A stretch of 64,000 nt of DNA from Selaginella moellendorffii (taxonomy: Eukaryota; Plantae; Lycopodiophyta): contig NW_003314265.1 in NCBI RefSeq assembly GCF_000143415.4, forward strand, positions 1,446,446 through 1,510,445, written 5' to 3'. Below the pieces are notes generated by a model. It saw nothing but the letters and a program-made list of their open reading frames with translations. It did not search any database and was not told the origin of the DNA. Each line of letters starts with the position of its first letter. The first letter of the stretch is position 1. The position numbers and the translations under genes were made by a program. Of this stretch, positions 62,009 through 64,000 are shown piece by piece.

Positions 62009-62820
62009 CTTCAGGAAGCTTTTCTTCAGCAGCAGTGAGCGCCTTTTGCCTCAGCTTGAGTAATTCCTTCTTCTTCTGGTAGAACACAAGAGCCTTCGCC
62101 TTCCTCTTCTCCTCGAGTTCCTGCAAATCCAGTGTTTGAGGAGGGCAGCCGGAGTAAAGAAACGAGGACAACTCACCTTGATCGTCTCATGGTGGTGCCA
62201 CCCGACTTCCTTGGACAACTGACCCAGGAGACAGAACTTGTGCCCGGGTTTCAACCGCAAGACCCTGTTTCGATCCGATCGTCAGCCATCCTTGAAAGAA
62301 GAAAAAAGTGGAGGCTTACTTGAGAGCGTCTGGAACGACCATCTTCTTGGTCTTGTCATACGGAGGTGGGCATCCTTCGAAGACCTTGAGCCTCTCCAGA
62401 GCAGCGGCACCGCGCTTGGTCTTATGTGGGATCATACTGGAAAACATAAAGAAAAGAGTGCTCCAGATCCAAGGCAAAAGAAATCTCTTACCCTCTGATC
62501 GTCCTCCAGAGAATGCGGGCAGGAGCACGAAAATGGATCGGCCCCTTGCTGGGCTTCGTGTTCATGCGCTTCCTCAGAAACCTCAGGTACTTCATCTTCT
62601 GGCGGACGAGGCCGCCCGAGAGAGCAATCTCCTCGCATCGCGTGATAACCTGGAACACAGTGGAAAGAGATCAATAGCGCATTCTAAGATCGCGAGATTT
62701 TTCTACCAGGCGCTGTCCGTTGAGGAGCTCCTTGGCGGCGATCGAGGCCAGCCGGCCAAGCATGTGATGGCGCGCATCGATCACCACCACCCGCGCGCAA
62801 GCTCCCGACCCGCTCACCAT
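61977..62820 (-). CDS. RPL13A: 60S ribosomal protein L13a (uL13), 5 exons
   Basis: [71 protein letters not shown]; GT-AG introns; three AAGCCCTA telo-box-like motifs upstream. Confidence 0.96.
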
Positions 62821-62929
62821 CGCGTCGCCGCCTGATCCAAAAGCCCTAGGAAAGCCCTAGAGAAGCCCTAAATCACGGGTTTCTATCGGACGGCTGGAAT
62901 TCGTAGCATTTTAGGGCATGATATTTTCT

Positions 62930-64000
62930 CTAGCAGTTCGGTTCCAATCCATGGCCGCGGCCGCGACCGCGTCGATTCTCATCCGGATTCCAGCCGAGAG
63001 ATTTCCCCGGCGCAGAAGAAATGGAATGGCCAGGCACGGCCCGATCACCAGAGCGCGAGAGACGCTCTTTCGGCGTTCGAGAGAATCCACATTTTGCGTA
63101 CAAATCCACCAGCAAGTTGCCACGAAAGGATTGGACACGTCTCCACTCCTCCTCGCGCTCTCGTGGATTTTCCTCGCGCTTCTCACATCGCCGGATCTGC
63201 GGCGCGCCTTGAGTGCCGTGAGAATCGCCCCAATGCTCGGCCTCCGGCCCTGGTGCTGGTAGCGTGGAGGAAACCAGACAGGTGTTCGAGAGCATGGAGC
63301 GGCGGACAGTGGTGTCGTGGAATTCGATCATCTCAGGCTATGCTCAAGGTGGCCAAGGCGAGATCGCTCTAGAGCTCTACTCGCGAATGGAGAGAGATGG
63401 TTGCGAGGCCGACAGCGTCACGATCTTAGCAGCACTCAAGGCCGTCAAGAACTCAAGCTCGTCCAAGAGAACAAGCTCGTGAGACTCCAGTGACTCGAGA
63501 AGGGCCGGGCGATCCATCGGCGAACCACCAAAGCTGGGAGTGACTCGGGCGGCTTTGTGGCGAATACGCTGGTCGACATGTATTCCCAAGTGTGGGGCTT
63601 GGAAGAAGCTCGCCATGTTTTCGAGAGGATTGCCCGTCCCAGCATCGTCTCGTGGAATTGCATCATTCTCGGACACGCACTGAGCGGAGAAGGAGAGCTG
63701 GCTTTCGAGTTCTACTCGCGCATGCAACACGAAGACTGTGAGCCAGATCGAGTGACTCTTCTCGCAGCGCTCATGGCTTGTTCGTGCTGGGCCGAGAACG
63801 AGGAGGTCGACCTCGTTGGTGGCAAAGTCATGACACGAAGATCTCTTGAGAAAGGCCGGGAAGTTCATACTCTAGCTGCGGCAAACTGGAACCCGATGTC
63901 ATCGTTTTGGCGACGTCGCTGGTCGATATGTATGGGAAGTGTGGGAGCTTAGAGGATGCGCGTCGTGTCTTCGAGGCCGTCCGGCACAAGGATGCCGTTC
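62930..64000 (+). pseudogene. Frameshifted PLS-class PPR pseudogene running off the window; first ~300 nt on the opposite strand
   Basis: + strand ETRQVFESMERRTVVSWNSIISGYAQ and NTLVDMY..IVSWNCIILG in shifting frames with stops; - strand PPR-like text at 62990-63250. Confidence 0.8.

Overview
Eukaryotic land-plant nuclear DNA. The ~50-nt introns, tight gene packing, tandem 31-aa PPR motifs, WOX13-type gene and cyanovirin-N homologue suggest a lycophyte such as Selaginella (inference). The window alternates between two retrotransposon nests and two gene islands. Nest 1 (1-15 kb) holds a Ty3/gypsy chromovirus whose integrase region carries two apparent GT-AG introns. This element sits in the 5' LTR of an older relative, whose gag is split by a 7.3-kb non-coding LTR element (LARD-like, called family N here). 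Gene island 1 (16-26 kb) encodes a KANADI-like GARP factor, a U-box/ARM E3 ligase, PGRL1 and a secreted cyanovirin-N homologue (CVNH). Nest 2 (26-48 kb) has three family-N copies nested in one another, a solo LTR of a third family and Cassandra-like (5S-containing) TRIM sequences. Gene island 2 (50-64 kb) encodes a PPR protein, a WOX13-like protein, ClpS1, a group I WRKY, a SAM methyltransferase overlapping RPL13a, and a rearranged PPR pseudogene. The most notable observation is that splicing appears necessary to give the chromovirus integrase its catalytic Glu and its chromodomain. A large non-autonomous partner family shares the chromovirus's cis-signals, including tandem tRNA T-arm-like hairpins. 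All comparisons were made by eye; no alignments or searches were run.
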